Origin: Paludibacter sp.
GTDB lineage: Bacteria > Bacteroidota > Bacteroidia > Bacteroidales > Paludibacteraceae
Direction of reading: 5' to 3'
Assembly (NCBI GenBank): GCA_017882285.1
Contig: JADGPS010000005.1
Location: 2,680 to 66,679, forward strand
Length of the DNA: 64,000 bases
Numbering within the stretch: the first letter of the stretch is position 1; each line of letters opens with the position of its first letter. A program made the translations under genes and the position numbers. Positions 35,789 through 46,744 of this stretch are shown here, in pieces. The notes under the pieces were generated by a model. That model ran no database searches, was not told the origin of the DNA, and worked only from the letters and a program-made list of their open reading frames with translations.

Positions 35789-38700
35789 ATGGCTAAATCT
35801 AAAAAATTTTTAACCTGTGATGGTAATCAGGCTGCAGCGCATATCGCGTATATGTTCAGCGAAGTAGCCGCGATTTATCCTATCACGCCATCGTCGACTA
35901 TGGCAGAATATGTTGACGAATGGGCTGCCGGTGGTCGTAAAAACATTTTCGGTGAAAAGGTACAAGTGCAGGAAATGCAATCGGAAGCAGGTGCTGCTGC
36001 CGCTATGCACGGATCGCTTCAAGCCGGTGCATTGACTACTACGTTCACTGCTTCACAAGGTTTGTTACTTATGATTCCGAATATGTATAAAATGGCCGGC
36101 GAATTACTTCCCGGTGTTTTTCACGTTTCGGCTCGTGCTCTGGCTTCACATGCTCTTTCTATTTTTGGTGACCAACAGGACGTAATGGCCGTTCGTCAGA
36201 CAGGATGTGCTCTGTTTGCAACCGGTTCGGTACAGGAAGTGATGGATTTGGCTGCTATTGCTCATCTTGCTGCTATCAAAACCCGTGTTCCTTTTGTACA
36301 TTTCTTCGACGGTTTCCGTACTTCACACGAAATTCAAAAAATTGAACAACTTGATCAGGAAGATTTGATTCCATTAATCGATCAGGAAGCATTGAAAGGG
36401 TTCCGCGATCGTGCGTTGAGTCCTGAACATCCCATTGCACGCGGTACTGCTCAAAACCCTGACATTTACTTTCAGGCTCGCGAAGCAAGCAATCCTTTCT
36501 ACGATGCAATTCCGGCTGTCGTTGAAGATTATCTGGCTCAATTAAGCAAAATTACCGGACGTAAATACGGTTTATTCGATTATTACGGAGCCAAAGATGC
36601 TGACCGTGTCGTTATTGCTATGGGTTCTGCTACCGAAGCTATTCGTGAAGGAATTGACCATCTGAATGGCAAAGGCGAAAAAGTTGGATTAATCTCCGTT
36701 CACTTATATCGTCCGTTCTCTGCTAAACATTTCCTGGCTGCTCTTCCCAAAACGGCTAAACGTATTTGCGTATTAGACCGTACGAAAGAACCGGGAGCCG
36801 GTGGTGAACCTTTGTATCTGGATGTAAAAGACGTATTGTATGGCTCTGAAAATGAACCTTTGGTAGTTGGCGGACGTTACGGCTTGTCTTCTAAAGACTT
36901 TACTCCTGCTCAGGTTATGGCCGTTTACGAAAATCTTTCGTTGCCGGAACCAAAAAATCACTTTACGGTAGGTATTGTTGACGATGTTACATTCACTTCG
37001 CTTCCATTGAAAGAAGAAATTTCGTTGGGCGGAGCCGGAACATTTGAAGCTAAATTCTACGGTTTGGGTGCTGATGGTACAGTAGGTGCTAACAAAAATT
37101 CCATCAAAATTATTGGTGATAACACTGATAAATATTGCCAGGCATATTTTGCTTACGACTCGAAGAAATCAGGTGGTTTCACTTGTTCACACCTTCGTTT
37201 TGGTGATACTCCTATCCGTTCTACTTATTTGGTAACAACTCCTGACTTTGTGGCTTGCCACGTTCAGGCTTATTTGAATCTGTACGACGTAACCAAAGGG
37301 TTGAAAAAAAACGGTACATTCCTGTTGAACACCATTTGGAATGCAGAAGAAGTACAAAAGAACCTTCCAAATAAAGTGAAAAAATACCTGGCGGTTAATA
37401 ACATTAGCCTTTATATTATTAATGCTACCAACATTGCAGAACAAATTGGTTTGGGTAACCGTACCAATACTATTCTTCAATCGGCATTCTTCAAAATTGC
37501 CAACGTAATTCCTTACGAACTGGCTGTGGAAAAAATGAAATATGCTATCAACAAATCGTACGGCATTAAAGGCGAAGACGTTGTAAAGAAAAACTATGCA
37601 GCGGTTGACCGTGGCGGTGAATACACCAAAGTGGAAATTCCGGCTGAATGGGCTAAAATTATTGACGAAAACGAAGTAAGCAATGAAATCGTTCCTGCAT
37701 TTATCAAGAATGTGGTAAATACAATCAATGCACAAGCCGGTGACGATCTTCCGGTTTCAGCATTCAAAGGCCGTGAAGACGGAACCTGGATTCAGGGAAC
37801 TTCAAAATATGAAAAACGCGGTATTGCTTCTTTTGTTCCTGTTTGGAATTCTGAGAACTGCATCCAGTGTAACCAATGTGCTTACGTTTGCCCTCACGCT
37901 GTTATCCGTCCGTTTATTTTGGATGAAGCCGAACAAGCTAACGCTCCTTTCACCGAAATGTTGAAAACGAACGGCAAACAATTTGCCGGCATGACCTTCC
38001 GTATTCAGGTGGATGTGCTCGACTGTACAGGTTGTGGTAATTGTGCAGATGTTTGCCCTGGAAATAAGGGTCAAAAAGCATTGGAGATGATTCATATCGA
38101 ATCCCAATATCCAAATCAGGCTAACTGGGAATATTGCATTGATAATGTAAAAACCAAACAACATTTGGTGGATGTGAAAGTAAATGTGAAAAACTCACAA
38201 TTGGCAACACCTTTGTTTGAGTTCTCGGGTGCTTGTGCTGGTTGTGGCGAAACTCCGTATTTAAAATTGGTAACACAACTTTTTGGCGACCGTCAAATGG
38301 TGGCAAATGCAACAGGATGCAGCTCTATTTATTCTAACTCTGCTCCTTCTACACCTTATACTACCAACGACGAAGGTCGTGGACCGTCTTGGGCTAACTC
38401 GCTGTTCGAAGACAATGCCGAATTCGGTTTGGGTATGGTGTTTGCCAACGATAACATGCGCGATCGTTTGGTTCGTATTATGACTGAAGCTCTTGCAGCC
38501 GATTGTTGTTCTGACGAATTAAAAGAACTTTTTGCAGAATGGATTGAAAAACGCAACGATGCTGATGAAACGGTTATTTTGGAACGTAAAATCACTCCGT
38601 TGGTAAAAGACTGCACTTGCTCATATTGTAAAGAAATTGCTGAACTGACTCAATACTTAATCAAGAAATCGCAATGGATTATTGGTGGCGACGGTTGGGC

Positions 38701-39322
38701 TTACGATATCGGTTTCGGTGGTTTGGATCACGTGATTGCTTCGGGCAAAAACGTAAATATCCTTGTATTGGATACTGAAATTTATTCCAATACAGGCGGA
38801 CAAGCTTCTAAATCTACTCCGATGGGTGCGGTTGCTAAATTTGCTGCTGCCGGTAAACGTGTTCGCAAAAAAGACTTAGGTATGATTGCTGCCACTTACG
38901 GTTACGTTTATGTAGCTCAAATTGCTATGGGTGCAAGCCAATCGCAAACACTCAAAGCTATCCGCGAAGCTGAAGCGTATGATGGACCATCATTGATTAT
39001 TGCCTATTCACCTTGTATCAGTCACGGACTTCGTGCAGGCATGGGCAAAGCTCAGGACGAACAACTACGTGCAGTTGAATGTGGATACTGGCACTTATAT
39101 CGCTTCAATCCGGCATTGGAAGCTGAAGGAAAGAACCCAATGATTCTGGATTCGAAGGAACCGCAATGGGATAAATTCCAGGAATTTCTGCAAGGTGAAG
39201 TTCGTTACACTTCGTTGCAGAAACAATTTCCCGAAGAAGCTAAAGAATTGTTAGTGGCGGCACAAGCCAATGCCAAATGGCGCTACGAAGGCTACAAACG
39301 GTTGGCTGATAGACAATTTTAA
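35789..39322 (+). CDS. nifJ: Pyruvate:ferredoxin (flavodoxin) oxidoreductase
   Basis: AIYPITPSS, QSEAGAA, two CxxCxxCxxxCP 4Fe-4S motifs, GACAGCGETPY, GGDGWAYDIG. Confidence 0.97.
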   Translation: MAKSKKFLTCDGNQAAAHIAYMFSEVAAIYPITPSSTMAEYVDEWAAGGRKNIFGEKVQVQEMQSEAGAAAAMHGSLQAGALTTTFTASQGLLLMIPNMYKMAGELLPGVFHVSARALASHALSIFGDQQDVMAVRQTGCALFATGSVQEVMDLAAIAHLAAIKTRVPFVHFFDGFRTSHEIQKIEQLDQEDLIPLIDQEALKGFRDRALSPEHPIARGTAQNPDIYFQAREASNPFYDAIPAVVEDYLAQLSKITGRKYGLFDYYGAKDADRVVIAMGSATEAIREGIDHLNGKGEKVGLISVHLYRPFSAKHFLAALPKTAKRICVLDRTKEPGAGGEPLYLDVKDVLYGSENEPLVVGGRYGLSSKDFTPAQVMAVYENLSLPEPKNHFTVGIVDDVTFTSLPLKEEISLGGAGTFEAKFYGLGADGTVGANKNSIKIIGDNTDKYCQAYFAYDSKKSGGFTCSHLRFGDTPIRSTYLVTTPDFVACHVQAYLNLYDVTKGLKKNGTFLLNTIWNAEEVQKNLPNKVKKYLAVNNISLYIINATNIAEQIGLGNRTNTILQSAFFKIANVIPYELAVEKMKYAINKSYGIKGEDVVKKNYAAVDRGGEYTKVEIPAEWAKIIDENEVSNEIVPAFIKNVVNTINAQAGDDLPVSAFKGREDGTWIQGTSKYEKRGIASFVPVWNSENCIQCNQCAYVCPHAVIRPFILDEAEQANAPFTEMLKTNGKQFAGMTFRIQVDVLDCTGCGNCADVCPGNKGQKALEMIHIESQYPNQANWEYCIDNVKTKQHLVDVKVNVKNSQLATPLFEFSGACAGCGETPYLKLVTQLFGDRQMVANATGCSSIYSNSAPSTPYTTNDEGRGPSWANSLFEDNAEFGLGMVFANDNMRDRLVRIMTEALAADCCSDELKELFAEWIEKRNDADETVILERKITPLVKDCTCSYCKEIAELTQYLIKKSQWIIGGDGWAYDIGFGGLDHVIASGKNVNILVLDTEIYSNTGGQASKSTPMGAVAKFAAAGKRVRKKDLGMIAATYGYVYVAQIAMGASQSQTLKAIREAEAYDGPSLIIAYSPCISHGLRAGMGKAQDEQLRAVECGYWHLYRFNPALEAEGKNPMILDSKEPQWDKFQEFLQGEVRYTSLQKQFPEEAKELLVAAQANAKWRYEGYKRLADRQF

Positions 39323-39337
39323 AATAATTCCTCTCAT

Positions 39338-39374
39338 AAAAAATGCGGAAAGTATCAACCTTTCCGCATTTTTT
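39338..39374. terminator. Bidirectional terminator between convergent nifJ and nucleoside permease
   Basis: AAAAAATGCGGAAAG / CTTTCCGCATTTTTT perfect inverted repeat. Confidence 0.85.
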
Positions 39375-39390
39375 ATTTCAATTATCTATC

Positions 39391-40644
39391 TTAATGGTTT
39401 ATCGTGGTCAGTTTACTTGGATCGTGTTTGTGTTTAAAGAATACAGCAAACAAGATAGCAACTACCAGCGAATATGCTGAGAAAGTAATCCAGATTGAAT
39501 GCCAATCTTTAATATTATCATGCGTGAAATATTTCTGGATAATAAAGCCGCTGATAATACTTCCTAATACAGCTCCAAAACCATTTGTCATCATCATAAA
39601 AAGACCTTGCGCGCTCGAACGGATTGTAGGATCTGTATTGGTTTCTACGAACAAAGAACCCGATATGTTGAAAAAGTCGAAAGCCATCCCGTAAACGATA
39701 CAAGACACGATTATCATCCATAGGTTACCTGCAGGATCACCGTATGCAAAAAGCCCGAAACGAAGTACCCAGGCGATCATACTGATTAGCATCACGTTCT
39801 TTATTCCAAATCGTTTTAAGAAGAAAGGAATTGCAAGGATAAATACTGTTTCTGAAAATTGTGAAATCGACATAATAATTGTGGAATACTTTACTACGAA
39901 AGAACCAGCAAATTCAGGAACTTTTTTGAAATCGTCCAGAAAAGTGTCACCATACATGTTTGTTAGTTGCAATGCTGCACCCAAGAACATGGAAAAAATG
40001 AAAAAAAGTGCCATTTTGTAGGACTTGAAAAGTTTAAATGCATTCAAGCCAAACAATTCAATCCAACTTGAATTATTCGAAGTTTGTTTTTGAGGTGGGC
40101 ATTTTGGTAAAGAGAATGAGTAAATTCCTAAAGCGAAAGAGGCAAATGCAGATATGATAAATTGATTCGTTGTAGCTTTATTTCCCGTCAGGTTTGTAAC
40201 CCACATGGCAACGATAAATCCAATGGTTCCCCAAACCCGAATGGGTGGAAATACTTTTACTACATCAAAATTATTGGATTTAAGCGCATTGTAAGCTATT
40301 GAGTTTGAAAGGGAAATTGTAGGCATATAAAAGCACATTGCCACCAACATGACCCAAAAAAAAGTATCCGGATTTGTAACTTGAGTGCAGTAGATAATAG
40401 CCATACCACTTAAAATATGCAAAATACCATATAACCTTTCGGCGTTTACCCATCTATCGGCAATAATGCCCGTTATGGTTGGCATGAAAATGGATGCTAT
40501 ACCTAAAGTCGAGAAAACAGCTCCAAACTCCCCTCCGCTCCAATGTTTCGTTCCAAACCAATAATTGGAAATAGTAATAAGCCATGCTCCCCAGACAAAG
40601 AACTGAAGAAAACTCATTATTGTTAAGCGATACTTTAATCCCAT
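39391..40644 (-). CDS. Nucleoside:H+ symporter (NupG/XapB family MFS)
   Basis: MSFLQFFVWGAW, FPPIRVWGTIGF, SAQGLFMMMTNGFG. Confidence 0.9.
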   Translation of the reverse strand: MGLKYRLTIMSFLQFFVWGAWLITISNYWFGTKHWSGGEFGAVFSTLGIASIFMPTITGIIADRWVNAERLYGILHILSGMAIIYCTQVTNPDTFFWVMLVAMCFYMPTISLSNSIAYNALKSNNFDVVKVFPPIRVWGTIGFIVAMWVTNLTGNKATTNQFIISAFASFALGIYSFSLPKCPPQKQTSNNSSWIELFGLNAFKLFKSYKMALFFIFSMFLGAALQLTNMYGDTFLDDFKKVPEFAGSFVVKYSTIIMSISQFSETVFILAIPFFLKRFGIKNVMLISMIAWVLRFGLFAYGDPAGNLWMIIVSCIVYGMAFDFFNISGSLFVETNTDPTIRSSAQGLFMMMTNGFGAVLGSIISGFIIQKYFTHDNIKDWHSIWITFSAYSLVVAILFAVFFKHKHDPSKLTTINH

Positions 40645-40708
40645 AATTTGTTATTTAATGATTAGTTGATAAGTTGTGTGTTACGATTAACTGTTTACTG
40701 ATAACTGT

Positions 40709-41299
40709 TTATTGTTTCTTTCGTTTGACAGCGTCGCGGATAGTTACAGCTAATTCATATTTTTCATTTTCAATTGCTAATTCAAGTATTTCCTGAAGTG
40801 TTTCCAGTCTTAGAAGATCCAAATCATCATCTGATAAATCTTCATAATTTTCCGGCACACTTGTTTTTAGTTCTTCATTTTCAGGGGCTTCAACTTCAGT
40901 TCCAACAATATCGAGAATTTCAGATTTTATGAAAATCGGACAATCTGCACGAACTGCCAAAGCTACCGCATCAGAAGTTCGGGCATCAATAATAAGTAAT
41001 TTTCCGTCTTTCATTATATGTAATTCCGAATAAAACACGTCGTTCACCATATCATAAATCAGAACTTTCAGTAATTCAGCGTCAAACGAATTCAATAAGC
41101 TTTTAATCAAATCGTGCGTTAATGGTCTGGGCGATTTTTTATTATTTATTTTCAAGGCAATAGATTGTGCTTCGGGTTCGCCAATCATAACCGAAAACCG
41201 ACGATTTCCAACAACTTCACTCAGCACAAGCCCATACGTTCCAATAACTGTCTGATTATAAACTAACCCTGCTATTGTCAATTTTATCTCTGAATCCAT
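40709..41299 (-). CDS. Bifunctional nuclease (DUF151) family with C-terminal UVR domain
   Basis: IGEPEAQSIA, PRPLTHDL, DARTSDAVALA, AIENEKYELAVTIRD. Confidence 0.88.
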   Translation of the reverse strand: MDSEIKLTIAGLVYNQTVIGTYGLVLSEVVGNRRFSVMIGEPEAQSIALKINNKKSPRPLTHDLIKSLLNSFDAELLKVLIYDMVNDVFYSELHIMKDGKLLIIDARTSDAVALAVRADCPIFIKSEILDIVGTEVEAPENEELKTSVPENYEDLSDDDLDLLRLETLQEILELAIENEKYELAVTIRDAVKRKKQ

Positions 41300-41520
41300 C
41301 GTTTTTTATCAATAATTGGAATTCCTTTTCTCTAAATTTTTAAAGGACAACAAATATACAGAAAATTTTAAAAGTAAAAAACAAATTCAACAAAACTTGA
41401 TAAAATAATACAATTACTGACGTTTAAGTCGACAATAATATTGTGACCGATTAATTATGAATTATTAATTATGAATTATTAATTTGTTATTTGTACTTTT
41501 GTTGTACAAATAACAAAACG

Positions 41521-41976
41521 ATGTTTAAAAAATCAACTATATTAATTCGAAATAAGCGTGCCACATTCGATTATGAAATTCTGGATAGGTTTGTAGCCGG
41601 AATTCAACTCTATGGGACTGAAATTAAGTCAATAAGAGATGGGAAAGCCGGACTCAGCGATACTTATTGCACATTTATCAATGAAGAATTGTGGGTGAAA
41701 AACATGCACATTGCCACGTATTTTTTTGGAACATACAACAATCATGATGTGCGTCGCGATCGAAAATTATTACTCACTAAACGTGAATTGAATAAATTGA
41801 CCAGAGGAACTAAAGAAACCGGCAACACAATTGTTCCCACCAAACTATTTATAAACGAAAAAGGGCTGGCAAAATTAGAAATAGGACTGGCAAAAGGAAA
41901 GAAAACGTATGACAAACGTCAGTCGCTCAAAGAAAAAGAAGATAAACGCTCCATTGACAGAGCTTTTAAGAGTTAG
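41521..41976 (+). CDS. smpB: SsrA-binding protein
   Basis: [37 protein letters not shown]; ATG at 41521 preferred; -7 box TACTTTTG at 41494-41501. Confidence 0.96.
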   Translation: MFKKSTILIRNKRATFDYEILDRFVAGIQLYGTEIKSIRDGKAGLSDTYCTFINEELWVKNMHIATYFFGTYNNHDVRRDRKLLLTKRELNKLTRGTKETGNTIVPTKLFINEKGLAKLEIGLAKGKKTYDKRQSLKEKEDKRSIDRAFKS

Positions 41977-41996
41977 TCAGTTTATAGAGTTTGAAA

Positions 41997-42017
41997 GCTT
42001 GTCTGCGGCAGGCAGGT
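41997..42017. repeat. REP-like palindrome (family A, degenerate)
   Basis: GCTTGTCTGCGGCAGGCAGGT within a ~60-bp match to 12590-12650 (reverse complement). Confidence 0.8.
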
Positions 42018-42074
42018 TTGTAAAGTCAGAAAGTTATAGATACTAATTCTTTAAGTCCCTTTAGGGGTTTGGGG

Positions 42075-43727
42075 TCATTTTTTTTTGGATTGCTTGGTGT
42101 AAAGAAAACGTTTGATTTTTTGGGAAGCAGTCTTTTCAAAAGGTTCATCAATGATATCAACCCGTTTTATCTGTGAAACACGATTCAATTTTTCATTCAG
42201 CTCTTTTGTAAAGTTTTTTACCCAAATTTTATTTTTTTCTTTTTTATCTTCATAAACCGATTTAAAATGCTCAATTGTTTTTTCAAGTTCTTCTATATCC
42301 ACTAATACTTTAGCAACCAAAAATCCATCTTCCTCAATAACAAGCGATTCTACCACCAGTTCATGACTATTTATCACCGTTTCAATATCTTCGGGATAAA
42401 TATTTTCACCGCTTGCTCCCACGATTGTATTTTTCATACGTCCTTTAATATATAATCGTTTCCGCGAATCGAACCGACCCAAATCACCTGTACGAAACCA
42501 TCCATCTTCGGTTAAAACTTCCTGTGTTGCTTCCGGATTTTTATAATATCCTTTCATCATGTTCGGTCCCTTTGCCCAAATCTCTCCAACTCCTTTTTTA
42601 CCCGGATTATTTATCTTCAATTCTACTCCATGAACAGCAAAACCGGCAGATTGTAATTTTGTTTGATGAACTCCCGCACCGGCTAATAAAGGTGCAGTTT
42701 CTGTCAATCCATAACCAATGCCGTAAGGGAAACGGGCTTCTTTCAAGAATCGTTCAACCCGCGAATCGAGTTTTGCACCGCCAATTCCAAAAAATTTCAT
42801 TCGACCGCCAAAGGTCTGATACAGTTTTTTGCCTGCAATTCGGTGAATTAATATTCTAAAAAACGACGTTTTATAAATCATACGTTTAAAACGATTACTA
42901 CTAAATTTGCCTTGAATCTGAGTTTTATACAATTTTTCCATGATAAGAGGCACCGAAAGCATCATGGTAGGACGTATTTTGGCTAATGCAGGTAAAAGAG
43001 CTGCAGCTGTAGGTGGTTTTTCGAGATAATAAATTGAGGCACCATACATAATCGGATAAAGCATCCCGATAGTATTTTCATAAGTATGCGACAGTGGTAA
43101 AAGCGATAAAAACACATCCGCATGCGAAATAGCCTGAAAAGTATAAGATTGCATGGCAACAAATGCTATACTTTTATGCGAAAGAACAACACCCTTAGAA
43201 CGACCGGTAGTTCCGGAAGTATAAATAATTGCCGCAGTATCATCTTCTTTTACCGTGATTTTTGGGATTGCTATTTCCGATTTAACTTCTTTATTTCCTG
43301 AAATTTGAGTAAAATCATCAATTAATATGGTAGCTTCCAGCGATGGCAATTCCAATCCTTCTATGCGGGAAGTTAATCGATCGCTGATAAACAATACTTT
43401 AGATTCGGAATGTACCAACACATTTTCAACTTCTTCACTGGTAAAATCGGGTAAAATTGGAACAATAATCATCCCTTTAGATACAACCGAAAAATAGGCA
43501 ATTACCCAATTCGGCATATTATGACTGAACAAAGCTACTTTATCACCCTTCTTCAAACCAAGAGAAAACAATAGAATTGAAATTTCTTCCATCTTTTTTC
43601 CCAATTCCTCATAGGTAATAGGTTCGCCATCTACAAAGGAAACAGAAGGCATTTGCGCAAATTTCTTTACTGAATAATCAATGATTGATTTTAGCGTAAG
43701 GGGGGTTGGTTCTAATTTTTTACTCAT
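42075..43727 (-). CDS. Long-chain fatty acid-CoA ligase (AMP-binding)
   Basis: IIYTSGTTGRSKG, GYGLTET, GWFRTGDLG, GENIYPEDIE. Confidence 0.9.
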   Translation of the reverse strand: MSKKLEPTPLTLKSIIDYSVKKFAQMPSVSFVDGEPITYEELGKKMEEISILLFSLGLKKGDKVALFSHNMPNWVIAYFSVVSKGMIIVPILPDFTSEEVENVLVHSESKVLFISDRLTSRIEGLELPSLEATILIDDFTQISGNKEVKSEIAIPKITVKEDDTAAIIYTSGTTGRSKGVVLSHKSIAFVAMQSYTFQAISHADVFLSLLPLSHTYENTIGMLYPIMYGASIYYLEKPPTAAALLPALAKIRPTMMLSVPLIMEKLYKTQIQGKFSSNRFKRMIYKTSFFRILIHRIAGKKLYQTFGGRMKFFGIGGAKLDSRVERFLKEARFPYGIGYGLTETAPLLAGAGVHQTKLQSAGFAVHGVELKINNPGKKGVGEIWAKGPNMMKGYYKNPEATQEVLTEDGWFRTGDLGRFDSRKRLYIKGRMKNTIVGASGENIYPEDIETVINSHELVVESLVIEEDGFLVAKVLVDIEELEKTIEHFKSVYEDKKEKNKIWVKNFTKELNEKLNRVSQIKRVDIIDEPFEKTASQKIKRFLYTKQSKKK

Positions 43728-43840
43728 TGTTTTTCTTTTATCAACAAGAATTCTAAATTGAAAATCAATGTAAAGATAATGGGTTTATTTGAAAACAAAA
43801 TTTAAATGTGTCTCTTTGTATTAGATTTAACATTTTCTCC

Positions 43841-44542
43841 TTATTTGTAAATCAAAAAAATTGAAGGGCGTTTATTCAAATCGGGAAGTTGAGTCTTCCA
43901 CTCTTTCATGGTTTTTGTTTTGATATATTCCGTGTCGAGAGTTATGTCGGCGGCTATACACAGGCGGGTTGAAGGTTGGCAAACTTTTAGTATTTCCTCT
44001 AACATTTTCATATTCCGATAAGGAGTTTCAATAAAAATCTGTGTTTGATTTTCGGAATACACTCTCGATTCCAGCTTTTTAATTGCTTTAGAGCGTTCGT
44101 CCGGTTGAATGGGTAAATAACCAACAAAAGCAAAATTTTGTCCGTTAAAACCCGATGCCATAAGCGATAGTAATATAGATGAAGGACCTACAAGCGGAAC
44201 GACAATGAAATTATTTTTTTGAGCAATGGCAACTACATCAGCTCCCGGATCGGCAATGGCAGGACAACCGGCTTCGGAAATTACACCCATATCATTTCCA
44301 TTGAACATGGGTTTCAGAAAATCACTTAATTCTTCCGGCGAAGTGTGTTGATTTAAAATAAAAAAAGTCAAACTGTCAATATCAATGGCCGGATTCGCTT
44401 TTTTCAGGAAACGTCTGGCTGTTCGCACATCTTCCACGATAAAATAACGTAAAACAGAAACAGTTTCTGTGTTTTGAGACGGCAAAATGCGATTAAAATC
44501 GGACTCGCCGAGTGAAGTTGGTATTAAGAATAAGTTTGGCAT
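43841..44542 (-). CDS. RsmI-like tetrapyrrole-methylase family SAM-dependent methyltransferase
   Basis: LFLIPTSLG, SEAGCPAIADPG, GPSSI, FIETPYRN. Confidence 0.85.
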   Translation of the reverse strand: MPNLFLIPTSLGESDFNRILPSQNTETVSVLRYFIVEDVRTARRFLKKANPAIDIDSLTFFILNQHTSPEELSDFLKPMFNGNDMGVISEAGCPAIADPGADVVAIAQKNNFIVVPLVGPSSILLSLMASGFNGQNFAFVGYLPIQPDERSKAIKKLESRVYSENQTQIFIETPYRNMKMLEEILKVCQPSTRLCIAADITLDTEYIKTKTMKEWKTQLPDLNKRPSIFLIYK

Positions 44543-44592
44543 TTATATTGATAGGTTAATTTGTTTACTAAGTTGATTTACATTTTAGCATT

Positions 44593-46530
44593 TTAGCTCA
44601 TTTTCAAATTCTCAAACTCTTCGCTCAATATTTCCCACTCATAAATTTTCTGTTCGAGTTCGCGTTGTTTTTTCTGATAAAGTAGAATAAATTCATTATC
44701 GGAAGCTTTTTCAGGTAATTCGAGCATTTTATTCATATTAGCAATTTCCGTTTCAAGTTTAGAAACTAGTTGTTCTATCTCTTCTATTGCTTTTTCAGAT
44801 TTCTTTATTTTTCTGTTTAATTCTTTACGCGCTTCATAGCTCAGTTTATTTTCGGAAATAGTTTTATCTTTAGTTTCAGTAGCAGCTTTCAATGAATTGG
44901 AAATTTCAAGTTCACTCAAGTTATTCATTTTTTTATATTGCAAAAACTCATAGATTCCACCCAAATGTTCGCGTACTTTTTTGCCACCAAATTCATATAC
45001 TTTGGTCACCAGTCCATCCAAAAATTCACGATCATGCGAAACGACAATAACCGTTCCATCAAAGGCTTTAATAGCAGATTTCAAAACATCTTTGGAACGC
45101 ATATCCAGGTGATTAGTAGGTTCATCAAGAATCAATAAATTAACCGGTTTCAACAACAACCGAATCATGGCTAACCGACTGCGTTCTCCACCCGAAAGAA
45201 CTTTCACTTTTTTGTCGGAAGCTTCACCGCCAAACATAAATGCACCCAAAATATCACGGATTTTTGTACGAATATCTCCAACCGCTACATAGTCAATCGT
45301 TTCAAAAACGGTTCGACTTTCGTCTAATAATGATGCCTGATTTTGAGCATAATATCCAATCTTCACATTATGACCGAGCTTCAATGTACCGGAGTATTCA
45401 ATTTCTTCCATAATACACTTCACCAACGTACTTTTCCCTTCGCCGTTTTTTCCTACAAAGGCAACCTTCTCACCCCGATTGATAATCATGCCGATATTAT
45501 TGAGAATCAAATGCTTTCCATAAGCTTTTGACAAGTGCTCCATTTCCACCGGTATACTTCCCGAACGTGGTGCGGGCGAAAATTTCAGACTAAGACGAGA
45601 ATTATCTTCCAAATCAACTTCCAGACGTTCCAGTTTTTCCAATTGTTTGATACGCGATTGAACCTGAATAGCTTTAGTGGCCTGATACCGAAAGCGTTCA
45701 ATAAAATCTTCCGTTTCCTGAATCAGTTTTTGTTGATTTTCATACGCTCTTATCTGTTGTTCATGTCGTTCTTTACGCAACTCAATGTATTTTGAATAAT
45801 GAACATTATAATCGTAAATCTTCCCCAACGAAATTTCAATGGTTCGGCTGGTTACTGCATCAATAAATGCACGGTCGTGCGACACCAGCAGTATGGCTCC
45901 ATTGGAAGTTGTTAGAAAGTTTTCAAACCATTGGATAGATTCAATATCAAGATGATTGGTTGGTTCATCAAGAAGCAATACATCGGGACGTTGGAGTAGA
46001 ATCTTTGCCAATTCAATGCGCATTCGCCATCCTCCACTGAATTTAGAACATTGACGGTCGAAATCGGAACGCAGAAACCCTAATCCCAGTAAAGTTTTTT
46101 CAATTTCGCCCTGAAAATTACCATTTCCGATTATTTGTAAATGTTCGTTATCGTGAGTCAATTTTTCTAGAAGTTGCTGATAATCATCACTTTCATAATC
46201 GGTCCGTTCGGCCAAATCTACATTCATTTGTTCAATTTGAGCATGAAGTTCTGTGATATGCTCGAATGCTTTTTCAGCTTCCTGCATCACCGTAGCACCT
46301 TCGTTATGAATCATGTGTTGAGGCAAGTAACCAATAGTGAGGTCTTTGGGAATAGTTACTTTTCCTTTGGTAGGATTTTGTTTCCCTGCAAAAATTCGGA
46401 GTAAAGTTGTTTTTCCAGCTCCATTTTTACCAACCAAGGCAATTTTATCTTTTGGATTGACCAAAAAACTAATTTCATCAAAAAGTGGCGAACCGCCAAA
46501 TTCAACAGTAAGTTGTTCTACAGAAATCAT
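44593..46530 (-). CDS. ABC-F family ATP-binding cassette protein
   Basis: Two NBDs: GKNGAGKTT/FSGGWRMR/LDEPTNHLD and GKNGEGKST/LSGGERSR/LDEPTNHLD; no TM segments. Confidence 0.93.
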   Translation of the reverse strand: MISVEQLTVEFGGSPLFDEISFLVNPKDKIALVGKNGAGKTTLLRIFAGKQNPTKGKVTIPKDLTIGYLPQHMIHNEGATVMQEAEKAFEHITELHAQIEQMNVDLAERTDYESDDYQQLLEKLTHDNEHLQIIGNGNFQGEIEKTLLGLGFLRSDFDRQCSKFSGGWRMRIELAKILLQRPDVLLLDEPTNHLDIESIQWFENFLTTSNGAILLVSHDRAFIDAVTSRTIEISLGKIYDYNVHYSKYIELRKERHEQQIRAYENQQKLIQETEDFIERFRYQATKAIQVQSRIKQLEKLERLEVDLEDNSRLSLKFSPAPRSGSIPVEMEHLSKAYGKHLILNNIGMIINRGEKVAFVGKNGEGKSTLVKCIMEEIEYSGTLKLGHNVKIGYYAQNQASLLDESRTVFETIDYVAVGDIRTKIRDILGAFMFGGEASDKKVKVLSGGERSRLAMIRLLLKPVNLLILDEPTNHLDMRSKDVLKSAIKAFDGTVIVVSHDREFLDGLVTKVYEFGGKKVREHLGGIYEFLQYKKMNNLSELEISNSLKAATETKDKTISENKLSYEARKELNRKIKKSEKAIEEIEQLVSKLETEIANMNKMLELPEKASDNEFILLYQKKQRELEQKIYEWEILSEEFENLKMS

Positions 46531-46744
46531 ATATTATTTTTCGAAAACTTCGGAATTTTAATTTTGGAGGGTAGTTTTAACTATTTGAATTATCACTTAG
46601 CGAGATTTTTTTTATCTACCAATGACCATAATATATACGTTAGTAATGAGGCAATTGAAAATGTAACAAGAATTAATATCGATAAAGTGGGATAAACGTG
46701 TAAAAAGATATTTCAGTAAAGCATTTATTTTAAAACATTAATAA

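Noticed and set aside
41400-42070. tmRNA (ssrA) next to smpB
   Set aside because: No tRNA-like ends or tag reading frame seen; flanks are explained by heptamer and REP repeats
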